Below are positions 19,601-26,474 of a DNA stretch of 52,817 nucleotides, piece after piece. A program made the position numbers and the translations under genes. Source of the stretch: an uncultured Alphaproteobacteria bacterium (lineage in GTDB: Bacteria; Pseudomonadota; Alphaproteobacteria; JAJFIK01); contig CAYYTT010000005.1 of NCBI GenBank assembly GCA_964474635.1, positions 1 through 52,817 on the forward strand, read 5' to 3'. Below the pieces are notes generated by a model. It worked only from the letters and a program-made list of their open reading frames with translations. It ran no database searches and was not told the origin of the DNA. Position 1 is the stretch's first letter. The number at the start of each line of letters is the position of its first letter.

Positions 19601-20081
19601 CGACATCACAAAAACGCCGGGTACGGCCACCAACGAAGGCATGGGCTGGCTTGGGCAGTGGGGCTCGGCCCGCTACGCGGCCAATGTGGCCTTCCTGTCG
19701 ACCCATTGGGCCAAGGCACTTGCCGCCGATGACAGCGTTGCCAATGCGGCGGCGATCCGTGAGCTGCAGAATTTCGCGACGGACCAGATCGACTATATGT
19801 TGGGCGACAATCCGGACAGCCAGAGTTATGTGGTCGGCTTCGGAGACGATTTCCCGCTGCAACCGCACCACCGGGCGGCCTCAGGCACGACCAATGTGCA
19901 GGACCCGGGGCCCAATGCCTATGAACTGACAGGCGCGCTTGTGGGCGGCCCGGACGAATTCGGCACTTATAACGATTCCCGGTCCGACTATGTGCAAAAC
20001 GAAGTGGCGCTGGACTACAATGCCGGGTTTACCGGCGCCCTTGCGGCGCTTGCCGAAATTCACGACGATTTTGGCGGCTAA
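16623..20081 (+). CDS. Multi-modular GH9 endoglucanase: CBM2-like / Calx-beta / CBM2-like x2 / Calx-beta / CBM2-like / GH9 catalytic domain
   Basis: GH9 signatures lie in the last ~450 aa (from nt ~18735): DLTGGWYDAGDHVKFGLP, DYMLGDNP..SYVVGFG..PLQPHHRAAS, ALVGGPD and NEVALDYNAGF. Four CBM2-like modules start at nt ~16629, 17322, 17655 and 18345 (..TW..GFN..I.I.N.....W.V.F..P.LTI...WGA.L.......F...DWTLDL..GE...FGFTA.G.PP). Two Calx-beta-like modules lie at ~16959-17270 and ~17985-18296 (...NEE.G.V.VT..LS...DV...W.T..GTAG..DF....G.LTI.AG.....SV.L.DD...E.DETF.V.L). A GAGGAC RBS is present and the 5' spacer is AT-rich. Confidence 0.85.
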   Translation: MASPEIRFEVTETWSSGFNGKLFIRNMADVTMDRWTVSFSDPGLTIKTVWGASLVSSAGGTLSFEAKDWTLDLQPDEEGSFGFTADGVPPASLANLTFTPFYAGGVDPTEPTPVISIGDAVRNEEDGSVTVTASLSAPSTRDVSATWETQTGTAGSNDFVMTSGTLTIPAGSTSAALSVMLLDDARVEADETFSVVLTGATYADLGDATATVTIRDTDTPGTQGAILDGTDDQPEVRFEVTQTWNGGFNGKIFIKNTTGETIDRWTVSFDNPDLTVTTVWGAELVSSNAQKLVFEARDWTLDLQAGEEGNFGFTARGVPPSSLNDLVFLTNVTADTPAPGDAGQPELRFEVTDTWTGGFNGKIFITNTTGKTIDTWSATFDNPDLTITTVWGAELILATPETFYFEGRDWTLDLQPGEEANFGFTARGTPPSNLTGLSFVPDYAGDEGTGSDGTPPTVSVSDRSVNEEAGTVSVTVVLSKISTDDVTVNWTTNLGTAGPTDFVQDSGSLTIKAGMLTGTISVALTDDNNAELDETFTVLLTEASGATLGDAKATVTILNSDTAPGGGDASPENIPELSFGVTQTWSTGFNAQVAIENDTDRLVETWTVRFDNPGLTIKAVWGADLISTANGEFVFQSKDWTLDVDPGETASFGFTADGTPPASLSGLTIEPVFEPDPGLADPTGRTVPSDGPYASDNGSPFDGGDYQDVLGKSMLFYYAQYSGDLPDDHPVAWRNDSALTDGADVGRDLTGGWYDAGDHVKFGLPSAYTATMLAWGGIAFEDGYKTSGSYGDLVNHLEWITDYFLRAYDDKGTADLSDDVFYAQVGDGALDHAFWGAPEDMTMDRPTFAITADNPGTEVTAETAAAMAASSILLRDAGQTAYADELLAAAQKLYAFAETYQGNYAEAIPEVEDFYNSWSGYSDELAWGANWLYQATGDTSYLEKSEAYYNSPSYSWTINWDNKYHGLSQLLAIQTGDYVYTRDVWLHLNTWMDDITKTPGTATNEGMGWLGQWGSARYAANVAFLSTHWAKALAADDSVANAAAIRELQNFATDQIDYMLGDNPDSQSYVVGFGDDFPLQPHHRAASGTTNVQDPGPNAYELTGALVGGPDEFGTYNDSRSDYVQNEVALDYNAGFTGALAALAEIHDDFGG

Positions 20082-20193
20082 AGCGACGGGCGAGCAATCC
20101 GGATCAATCTGAATCCGGTGCGCCAAGGTTCTCGCCCCGCGCTTTCATCCCGGCTTCCCTTGCGGTTTCACCGCCCCGTGATGATTGGTTGCG

Positions 20194-21399
20194 TCAGCCC
20201 GCCTTGCGCGGGCTGAGCGCGTTCAGTGCCTCTTCCTCCACCTGACGCGCGATCGCGCCGAGCCACCCCTTGAGTGCGTTCTTTGTGTCCACCTCAAGAC
20301 CCTTCACCCACGAAATGTGATCCTCGCCCGGTGCGAGTGCGCCGGCAGGGACCGGGCAGGGTGCCGGAATCTCGGGCAAGGCGGCCAGTTGACCCGCACC
20401 CCGTTCTTCCGCAAACGCATTATAGCGCTTGATCCGCTCACTGATGCAGTCGTCGATTGTGGCGAGTGCTTCGTGCAGCACCGTCACGAGGTCGTCCCCC
20501 TGGTCGCCCCCCCGATCGCTTTTGGCCGCATGGGCCCGGGGCAGGCGGACTTGCCCATACCAGGCCTTCAGGGCCGCAAGCTGCGCCAGATAGGCCATGG
20601 CGGCCTTGCGGCGCCTCGCCGAGCCGTCAAGGCGCCCGAAGCTCCAGGGCCGGCGCGTCTCACGCATGGCGCCCGAGACCATCTCGCCCTCGCCCACGGG
20701 CTCGCGGATCACCTGGCCGGCAATCGTCAGGCTGCCAAAGCCGATGCTCTGGGGGCCGACGATCCCGCTAAGGCCGCCAAGGAAGATCTTGTCCCGATCC
20801 AGGAACACACCGTCGACCGCGGTGCCGATCAGGCTCGCGGTGGCCTTGTCGCCATGCTTGCCCCAGGGCGTGAAATTGAAATGGATAAAGCCGCTGCCGA
20901 TTTCGGTGTGGTCCTTTCGCGACCGCCCGCCCGAGACCAGAACATCGCACAGATTGATCAGGGAGCCGCAGGTTACGAAGGCCATCAGGATGGTTTGTTT
21001 CAGGCCAACAGCATGGGCGGTGGAGGCCTCTTCCTCAAGCAACGTGCCCGGACGGAAATGGCTGTTCGCGCCGGCCTTGGCCCCGGAGAGCAGCACGGCG
21101 CCGTGGAGAAAGCCGCTGGCGACTTCGGCCCCGGGCCCAAGTACCCCATCGCGCAGGGTTGCCGGGCCCTCCGTGCCCACCTGTGCCTTGGCCCCGATGA
21201 AGGTGCGCGCGCCCTCAAGGCGCGTTCCCGGATGGAGCACCGCGCCCGGCCGAATGCGAGCCGGGTCCACATCCGCGCCGATAAAGGTTTGCCGTGGATC
21301 CAGGATCTCAACGCCCGCCGCCGCGAGCCGGGCAAGCCTCACGGTCTGGTCGTCGGCGCGGGCGTTAAGGGGGAAGGGGTTGGCGGGGGCGTCGGCCAT
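20194..21399 (-). CDS. Left-handed beta-helix (hexapeptide-repeat) protein of unknown specificity
   Basis: ATG at 21399 has a GAGGAGG RBS. Imperfect hexapeptide-type periodicity runs through residues ~40-240 (IGADVDP.., IGAKAQVG.., LGPGAEV.., IGSGFIHFNF..). I recall similar proteins being auto-annotated as UDP-GlcNAc pyrophosphorylase-like, without biochemical support. Confidence 0.55.
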   Translation of the reverse strand: MADAPANPFPLNARADDQTVRLARLAAAGVEILDPRQTFIGADVDPARIRPGAVLHPGTRLEGARTFIGAKAQVGTEGPATLRDGVLGPGAEVASGFLHGAVLLSGAKAGANSHFRPGTLLEEEASTAHAVGLKQTILMAFVTCGSLINLCDVLVSGGRSRKDHTEIGSGFIHFNFTPWGKHGDKATASLIGTAVDGVFLDRDKIFLGGLSGIVGPQSIGFGSLTIAGQVIREPVGEGEMVSGAMRETRRPWSFGRLDGSARRRKAAMAYLAQLAALKAWYGQVRLPRAHAAKSDRGGDQGDDLVTVLHEALATIDDCISERIKRYNAFAEERGAGQLAALPEIPAPCPVPAGALAPGEDHISWVKGLEVDTKNALKGWLGAIARQVEEEALNALSPRKAG

Positions 21400-21498
21400 G
21401 GGGCCTCCTCAGGGGTTTGGGGTGCACGGCGCAAAACCCAAACGACCCTTGGATGAGTCACCGCGTTCCCGCAAGCGCAAGGGGGCGACCTCGCGCCC

Positions 21499-22536
21499 TC
21501 AGGGCTCGTAGATTTCCACGGCGCCGGCCTCGGTGAATACGGTGAAAAAGCCGGCGCCGGCCCCGCCGCCGATCACGAACCAGCGCCCCCCGATGGTGGC
21601 CGAGGCAAGGCCATGGCGCGGCGTGGGCAAGGGGGCCGCCCGGATCCACCGGCCGCGTTTGGGATCGTACACATCATGGGCGTCGAGGGTCTTCAGGGCC
21701 TCCGCCGCGACGCCGCCGGTCACATGGAGCCGTCCGCCAAGCCACGTGGCCGTGTGCCCAGAGCGCGCCCGCGGCATGTCGGGCAGCCGGGTCCAGGACC
21801 CCGACGCGATGTCGAGCTGGTCGACGCGGGCAACAGGGCCGCCTTGCGTGCGTCCGCCCACCGCATAGATCGCATTGCGCCCGTCGCTGACCGCCACCAG
21901 GTCCCCGCGCGCCGCCGGCAGGCGCCAGGCGGTGCGCTCCCAGGTGCCCGAGCGCGGGTCGAAGGTGAGCACGGGCGCCATGGCATCCGAGCCGCCATCC
22001 GCGCCCAGCCCGCCCAGAACATAAAGGCGGCCTGCGGCCGCAACCATGGCATGGCCGGCGCGGGCGTCCGGCATGGCCGGCCCGCTCAGCCAGCGGCCTG
22101 TATTGGCGTCGTAGATCCACAAATCGGAGCGCGGCGCGAGGGATTCCTTGCCGTAGCCTCCGGTCAGATAGATCCGGCCATTGAGCGCCGCCATGCCGAA
22201 ACGCTCCCGCCCCCCGGGCATGGCAGGCAGCGGACGCCAGATCTCCGAATAGGGATCGAAAGCCTCAAAGACGTCCCGGGGGCCGAGCACGCTCGCCCCG
22301 CCGGCCACATAGATTTCGCCGTCGAGCACCGCGCTGCCCGAATTCGACCGGGCGGTCTCCATGGGCCGGGAGGACCGCCAGGAGCCATCGGCATGGGCCG
22401 GCGCGCCGAAGGTCAGCCAAGGCAGAAGGAGCATCAAGGTGGCACACAGCCGGGCCACGCATGGCGCGCGCCGGGCTGTGAGGGTCGGGCGGCGATCATC
22501 CGCAATCAAGGGTCGGCACTCCTCAAGCAAAATCAA
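21499..22536 (-). CDS. Kelch-repeat (beta-propeller) protein, secreted
   Basis: Repeated ...G.IYV.GG... blades: LDGEIYVAGG, LNGRIYLTGGY, AAGRLYVLGG, NAIYAVGG, LGGRLHVTGG, IGGRWFVIGG. The signal-like segment is LMLLLPWLTFGAPAHA. The start is uncertain (TTG at 22536; the next ATG is at 22434). Confidence 0.7.
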   Translation of the reverse strand: MILLEECRPLIADDRRPTLTARRAPCVARLCATLMLLLPWLTFGAPAHADGSWRSSRPMETARSNSGSAVLDGEIYVAGGASVLGPRDVFEAFDPYSEIWRPLPAMPGGRERFGMAALNGRIYLTGGYGKESLAPRSDLWIYDANTGRWLSGPAMPDARAGHAMVAAAGRLYVLGGLGADGGSDAMAPVLTFDPRSGTWERTAWRLPAARGDLVAVSDGRNAIYAVGGRTQGGPVARVDQLDIASGSWTRLPDMPRARSGHTATWLGGRLHVTGGVAAEALKTLDAHDVYDPKRGRWIRAAPLPTPRHGLASATIGGRWFVIGGGAGAGFFTVFTEAGAVEIYEP

Positions 22537-22551
22537 GCGTTCGGATCCATG

Positions 22552-24090
22552 TCAGCCGATGAGCACCACGCTGGCAAGTCCGAGGAAAACGAAAAAACCC
22601 GCCACATCCGTGACCGTGGTGACGAAAACCGTGGAAGCGAGGGCCGGATCGGCGCCCGCACGTTGCAAAGACAACGGCACCAGCATCCCGGCAAGGCCCG
22701 CAAGCGCCAGATTGACCACCATGGCCAGGGCAACAACGGCGCCAAGAGCCACGCTTTGGAACCAGAAGATCGCCACCACGCCCATGATGAGGGCAAAGGC
22801 GATGCCGTTAAGTGTGCCCACAAGGCTCTCCCGCAACACGATGCGCATAGCGTTTGTGGGGGTCAGGTCACGGGTGGCGAGCGCGCGCACGGCCACGGTA
22901 AGGGTCTGAGTGCCAGCGTTCCCGCCCATGGAGGCCACGATGGGCATGAGCACCGCGAGCGCCACGACTTCCTGAATGGACCGGTCGAACATGCTGATCA
23001 CCAGCGAGGCGAGCACGGCCGTGAGCAGATTGACGAACAGCCAGGAAAAGCGCTGCCGCATGATGCGCAGCACCGGGTCCGACAGGCCCTCGTCGCCGCC
23101 CACGCCGGCGAGGGCGCGCACATCTTCCTCGGCCTCGTCCTGCATGACTTCCATCATGTCATCGACCGTCAGCATGCCGAGCAGGCGGCCCGCCTCGTCC
23201 ACCACGGGCGCCGAGACCAGGTGGTATTGCTGGAAAAGATAGGCCGCCTCTTCCTGTTCCATGGAGGCGTTGATCCGGATCGGCTCGTCGATGGCAATGA
23301 CGCTCAAGGCCACGTCGCGTTTTTGGCGTAGCAGACGACCCAGCGGCACGGAGCCCACGGGCTTGTGGGCCGGATCAACGATGAACAGGTCGAAAAACTC
23401 GTCCGGAAGGTCCTCGTCCTCGCGGGCGTAGTCAATCACCTGGCCCACGGTCCAGGTTTCGGGCACCGCGATCACGTCGCGCTGCATCAGGCGGCCGGCG
23501 GAGTATTCCGGGAACTGAAGGCCCAGCTCCACGGCGGCGCGTTCGCGCTCGGGCACCTGGGCCAGAATTTCCTTCTGGCGGTCTTCTTCCAGGTCTTCGA
23601 GCAGATAAACCGCATCGTCGTTGTCGAGGACCGTGATCGCCTCGGCCAGCACGGCCGGCTCGATCGCCTCCAGCACATCGTCGCGCACGTCCTCGTCGAG
23701 TTCGGAGAGCACTTCCGGATCGAGCGCATCGCCGAGCGCCTTGATCAGGGCTCGCCGCTCGAAGGGGCGGATCAGCTCCAGAAGATCGGCGACATCGGCC
23801 ACGTGGAGCGGCGCCACGAGCGCGCGCACGGCGTCATGGTCGGTGGCGTCGAGCGCCTCTACAACGGCGCGCACGAAATCCGGTGACAGGGTGTAGGTCT
23901 CGTCGAGGGCCGAGCGGGGCGTCTCGGTGACGTCCCGCTCTTGCGCTTGAGGTCCCTCGTCGGCGCCATCCGCCCGGGGCGTTTGGGCGCGCGCGGTTTG
24001 AGACAGGGCATCCGTCGTGGGTTCCGGGATGTTCGGATCCGTTTCCGGGGAGACGGGATCGGGGGCGTTTTTCGGGCTGTCGCCGGTCAT
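22552..24090 (-). CDS. mgtE: Magnesium transporter MgtE
   Basis: MgtE-N helical region, a CBS pair (...GRLMQRDVIAVPETWTVGQVIDY...; ...YHLVSAPVVDEAGRLLGMLTVDD), and a TM domain with MPIVASMGGNAGTQTLTVAVRALA. ATG at 24090 has a GGAGGAG RBS. Confidence 0.9.
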   Translation of the reverse strand: MTGDSPKNAPDPVSPETDPNIPEPTTDALSQTARAQTPRADGADEGPQAQERDVTETPRSALDETYTLSPDFVRAVVEALDATDHDAVRALVAPLHVADVADLLELIRPFERRALIKALGDALDPEVLSELDEDVRDDVLEAIEPAVLAEAITVLDNDDAVYLLEDLEEDRQKEILAQVPERERAAVELGLQFPEYSAGRLMQRDVIAVPETWTVGQVIDYAREDEDLPDEFFDLFIVDPAHKPVGSVPLGRLLRQKRDVALSVIAIDEPIRINASMEQEEAAYLFQQYHLVSAPVVDEAGRLLGMLTVDDMMEVMQDEAEEDVRALAGVGGDEGLSDPVLRIMRQRFSWLFVNLLTAVLASLVISMFDRSIQEVVALAVLMPIVASMGGNAGTQTLTVAVRALATRDLTPTNAMRIVLRESLVGTLNGIAFALIMGVVAIFWFQSVALGAVVALAMVVNLALAGLAGMLVPLSLQRAGADPALASTVFVTTVTDVAGFFVFLGLASVVLIG

Positions 24091-24512
24091 GGTGTCTCCT
24101 CCGGATCGTCCGTGGGCGCGGGAATGAGGGTCCCGGGCCCCATGGGTGCATTGGCTGGCTCGTTTTGGCTAAAGGGTCCGGCCAGTCGGCGCGGACTTGG
24201 GCACATCGAGGCGGCAGGGCGCTTACCGAGCGGGCTCGTGCGACGGCAGGTCGTTCGAGTGCGAAGCGATGGAGTACCACCAGGGCGTCGGCAGCGAGTG
24301 ACAGGTCTGTCCCGCCCTTGTCAACACCTGTTTCAGCAACCCTCAAGATTTGCGGCGAAAGAGGTGGGGCGGGGGCTCGCACGGGCGAGAGCGGTGCGCC
24401 AGCCGGCCCCTCCCTTGGCCGTCGCGGTACAACCTATCCGGGGCCAAGGCGTGTACCCGGAGGACGATATGCCAAAAGAAGCGCGCCTGGAGATTGCATG
24501 GATCTGTACAAT

Positions 24513-24528
24513 CCGTCACGATTGACGG
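24513..24528. promoter_or_regulatory. Palindrome CCGTCA-cgat-TGACGG upstream of the three-gene operon (possible operator)
   Basis: Perfect 6-bp arms read directly, ~190 nt upstream of the 24717 start. There is no functional evidence. Confidence 0.2.
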
Positions 24529-24605
24529 CGTGCTCCGTGGGCGATCGGCACTAGCGGTGTGCGGAACGCCCGTGGATATGGCGGCAATGGGCGGAGAACG
24601 GGGAC

Positions 24606-24648
24606 TTGGCGGTTCTGGCTTCGCAGTTGTGTCTTGGTGGTTCTGGCT
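24606..24648 (+). promoter_or_regulatory. Direct repeat TTGG(C/T)GGTTCTGGCT x2, 28 nt start to start, upstream of the three-gene operon
   Basis: ttggcggttctggct (24606-24620) and ttggtggttctggct (24634-24648), 14/15 identical, lie 70-110 nt upstream of ATG 24717. Confidence 0.25.
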
Positions 24649-24716
24649 GGGCGGATTTTGTTTGGGCGGCTTGAGGACGGCTGAACGGTCGACCATCGGT
24701 TTTTGGGCGGGGGGAT

Positions 24717-25778
24717 ATGACGGCGGGCGGGCAATTGAGGCACGGTCCGGGAGGGCACGCAGACCGGCCAGTCTTGTTTTGGCCCGGCGCCGGCCTGGAA
24801 GCGGTGCGGGACGAGGCCATGCGTCTCGGGTGGTCCGTGTTGCCCCTCACGCCGCCCTTTGAGCAGGCCCCGTGCCATGGCGTCCGGAGCCTTGTCCTTG
24901 GCGCGCTGGTCGATGCGGTGGTCCCGATCCTGACGCCCACTTTCGAGGCCGATGGCGGCCTGCGGCGTGACCGGGTCCTGTCCCTCGTCGATGAGATCGG
25001 TCTGGCTTCGCCACCGCAAGGGCGGTGCCTTAATGCGCTTGTCGACCGCTGTGCCCATGGCGCGGGCGACGGCCCGATGGGCGCGGCGCAATCGATCCTC
25101 CAGGATTTTGCCGAACCTGATGTGCTGCGAGCCTGCCTTGCCCTCGTGCAAGGGCTCCGGCGGGCAAGGACCATGGTGCTTTTGATCGATGTGCCCGCCG
25201 GCCTGCCTTCGGACGTGGCCGAGCGCCTTGAGGACACGGTGATCAGCCTGTCGGCGTCCTGTCCGGCGCGGCTGTGGCTTGTGGCGCCTGACGGGGGCGG
25301 GTTCACGCGGATCGACCGGGCCCGGCTCAACACTGAACCGCCTGGGCTGCGGCCACCCGATCCGATCCGCTTTCCACCTCTCAGCGGCCAGCCGAAGGCG
25401 ACTAGCCGCGTTGAACAGGCATTGGAGGCGGCCTTGGCGCGCCGCGCCTGGGCCATGGACCGGCATTGGAACCGGTCGGTCCATCTCGGCGGACACGAAA
25501 ATCCGATCAACGTCGATCTCATGTGGGAAGACGCACGGCTCATCGTCGAATGCGATGGCCCGGATCATCTTCAGCCGGACAAATATGCCGCCGACCGCCG
25601 ACGCGACCGGGCGCTGCAGGCGCGGGGCTATCGCGTGCTGCGCTTTCCCAATGACGAGATCGTGGAGGACACGGAGCGGGTCTGCACCGAAATCGAGAGC
25701 TTCCTCACGCAAGCCTTGAGCGAAAGAGGGCAGTCCGGACCAATGGAGCCTGCGCTGACGGAGAAAAACGGATCATGA
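24717..25778 (+). CDS. Protein with an unknown ~260-aa N-terminal region and a C-terminal DUF559 (Vsr-like PD-(D/E)xK endonuclease) domain
   Basis: The C-terminus ...NPINVDLMWEDARLIVECDGPDHLQPDKYAADRRRDRALQARGYRVLRFPNDEIVEDTERV... matches the DUF559 pattern (VDF...l.vEvDG..H......D..R...L...G..VLRF.N.ev). The stop overlaps the next start in ATGA (25775-25778). The antisense ORF 24516-25712(-) is Arg-rich noise. Confidence 0.7.
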   Translation: MTAGGQLRHGPGGHADRPVLFWPGAGLEAVRDEAMRLGWSVLPLTPPFEQAPCHGVRSLVLGALVDAVVPILTPTFEADGGLRRDRVLSLVDEIGLASPPQGRCLNALVDRCAHGAGDGPMGAAQSILQDFAEPDVLRACLALVQGLRRARTMVLLIDVPAGLPSDVAERLEDTVISLSASCPARLWLVAPDGGGFTRIDRARLNTEPPGLRPPDPIRFPPLSGQPKATSRVEQALEAALARRAWAMDRHWNRSVHLGGHENPINVDLMWEDARLIVECDGPDHLQPDKYAADRRRDRALQARGYRVLRFPNDEIVEDTERVCTEIESFLTQALSERGQSGPMEPALTEKNGS

Positions 25779-26464
25779 CCTACGGCGTGCCACAAATCGC
25801 GACCCTGGTCGTCCTGGCAGGCCAGGGCGGGGAGTCGACCTTGGCGGATCTGGGCAAAATCCACGGCGTGAACCTTGCGAAAAAGGCGCGCGACAAGCTG
25901 GAGGCGGATGGTCTCATCACGGCCCGTAGAGAAACCAAACCTCAGCGAACGGATCTCACATTGACGGATGCAGGCTGGGCATTGGTCGAGGATCTCATGA
26001 CGGCTGCTCCGGACGAGAGCCGTCCTCCCCGCGCCGGTGCCCTCTGGGGCGCCATGCACAGCCTCTTGGCGGCGAACCGGGCAAAGGCGAAAGCCGCCGG
26101 CGGCCTGCGTGCGCTGTGGGGCGAGGGGGCGGATAGTCCCGGGCCAAGTGCAACCGGGACGGAACCTGGGCAGGCGCCGTCCTTGGGCGCAGCGCTGCCC
26201 GACGGCGATTTGCCCCTTGCGATCCGGGCCGCCTATCGCGCCTTGGCGGCCTATGACAACGGTTGGGTCCTGTTGCGGGACCTGCGTCCGAAACTGGCCC
26301 AATGGTCGCGGCGCGACGTGGACGAAGCGCTCAAAGAGATGCGCCAAAACGATGAAATCGATCTTGAGACCAATGACGATGCGGGCGCGGTGACCGAAGC
26401 CGACCGGAACGCTGCGATCCGGATTGGCCTGACCGACATGCATTTCGTCCGGTGTTCAGCATAA
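25775..26464 (+). CDS. Small protein with two winged-helix-like segments (putative DNA-binding component)
   Basis: The N-terminal segment ...GGESTLADLGKIHGVNLAKKARDKLEADGLITARRE....DLTLTDAGWALV is MarR/PadR-like. An Ala/Gly/Pro linker follows. The C-terminal segment is ...WVLLRDLRPKLAQWSRRDVDEALKEMRQNDEIDLE. The gene is translationally coupled to the upstream gene. Confidence 0.5.
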   Translation: MTYGVPQIATLVVLAGQGGESTLADLGKIHGVNLAKKARDKLEADGLITARRETKPQRTDLTLTDAGWALVEDLMTAAPDESRPPRAGALWGAMHSLLAANRAKAKAAGGLRALWGEGADSPGPSATGTEPGQAPSLGAALPDGDLPLAIRAAYRALAAYDNGWVLLRDLRPKLAQWSRRDVDEALKEMRQNDEIDLETNDDAGAVTEADRNAAIRIGLTDMHFVRCSA

Positions 26465-26474
26465 GCGAGTAGAG

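Noticed and set aside
21400-21498. Hairpin GTTTGGG...CCCAAAC between the Kelch and LbH genes considered as a terminator.
   Set aside because: There is no U-tract on the transcribed (minus) strand. The genes are more likely co-transcribed along with mgtE.
24091-24400. The long 5' region of mgtE considered as a Mg2+ riboswitch (M-box) or other known leader.
   Set aside because: I could not recognise M-box or any other riboswitch consensus elements by eye. A covariance-model scan (Rfam/Infernal) would be needed to settle this.
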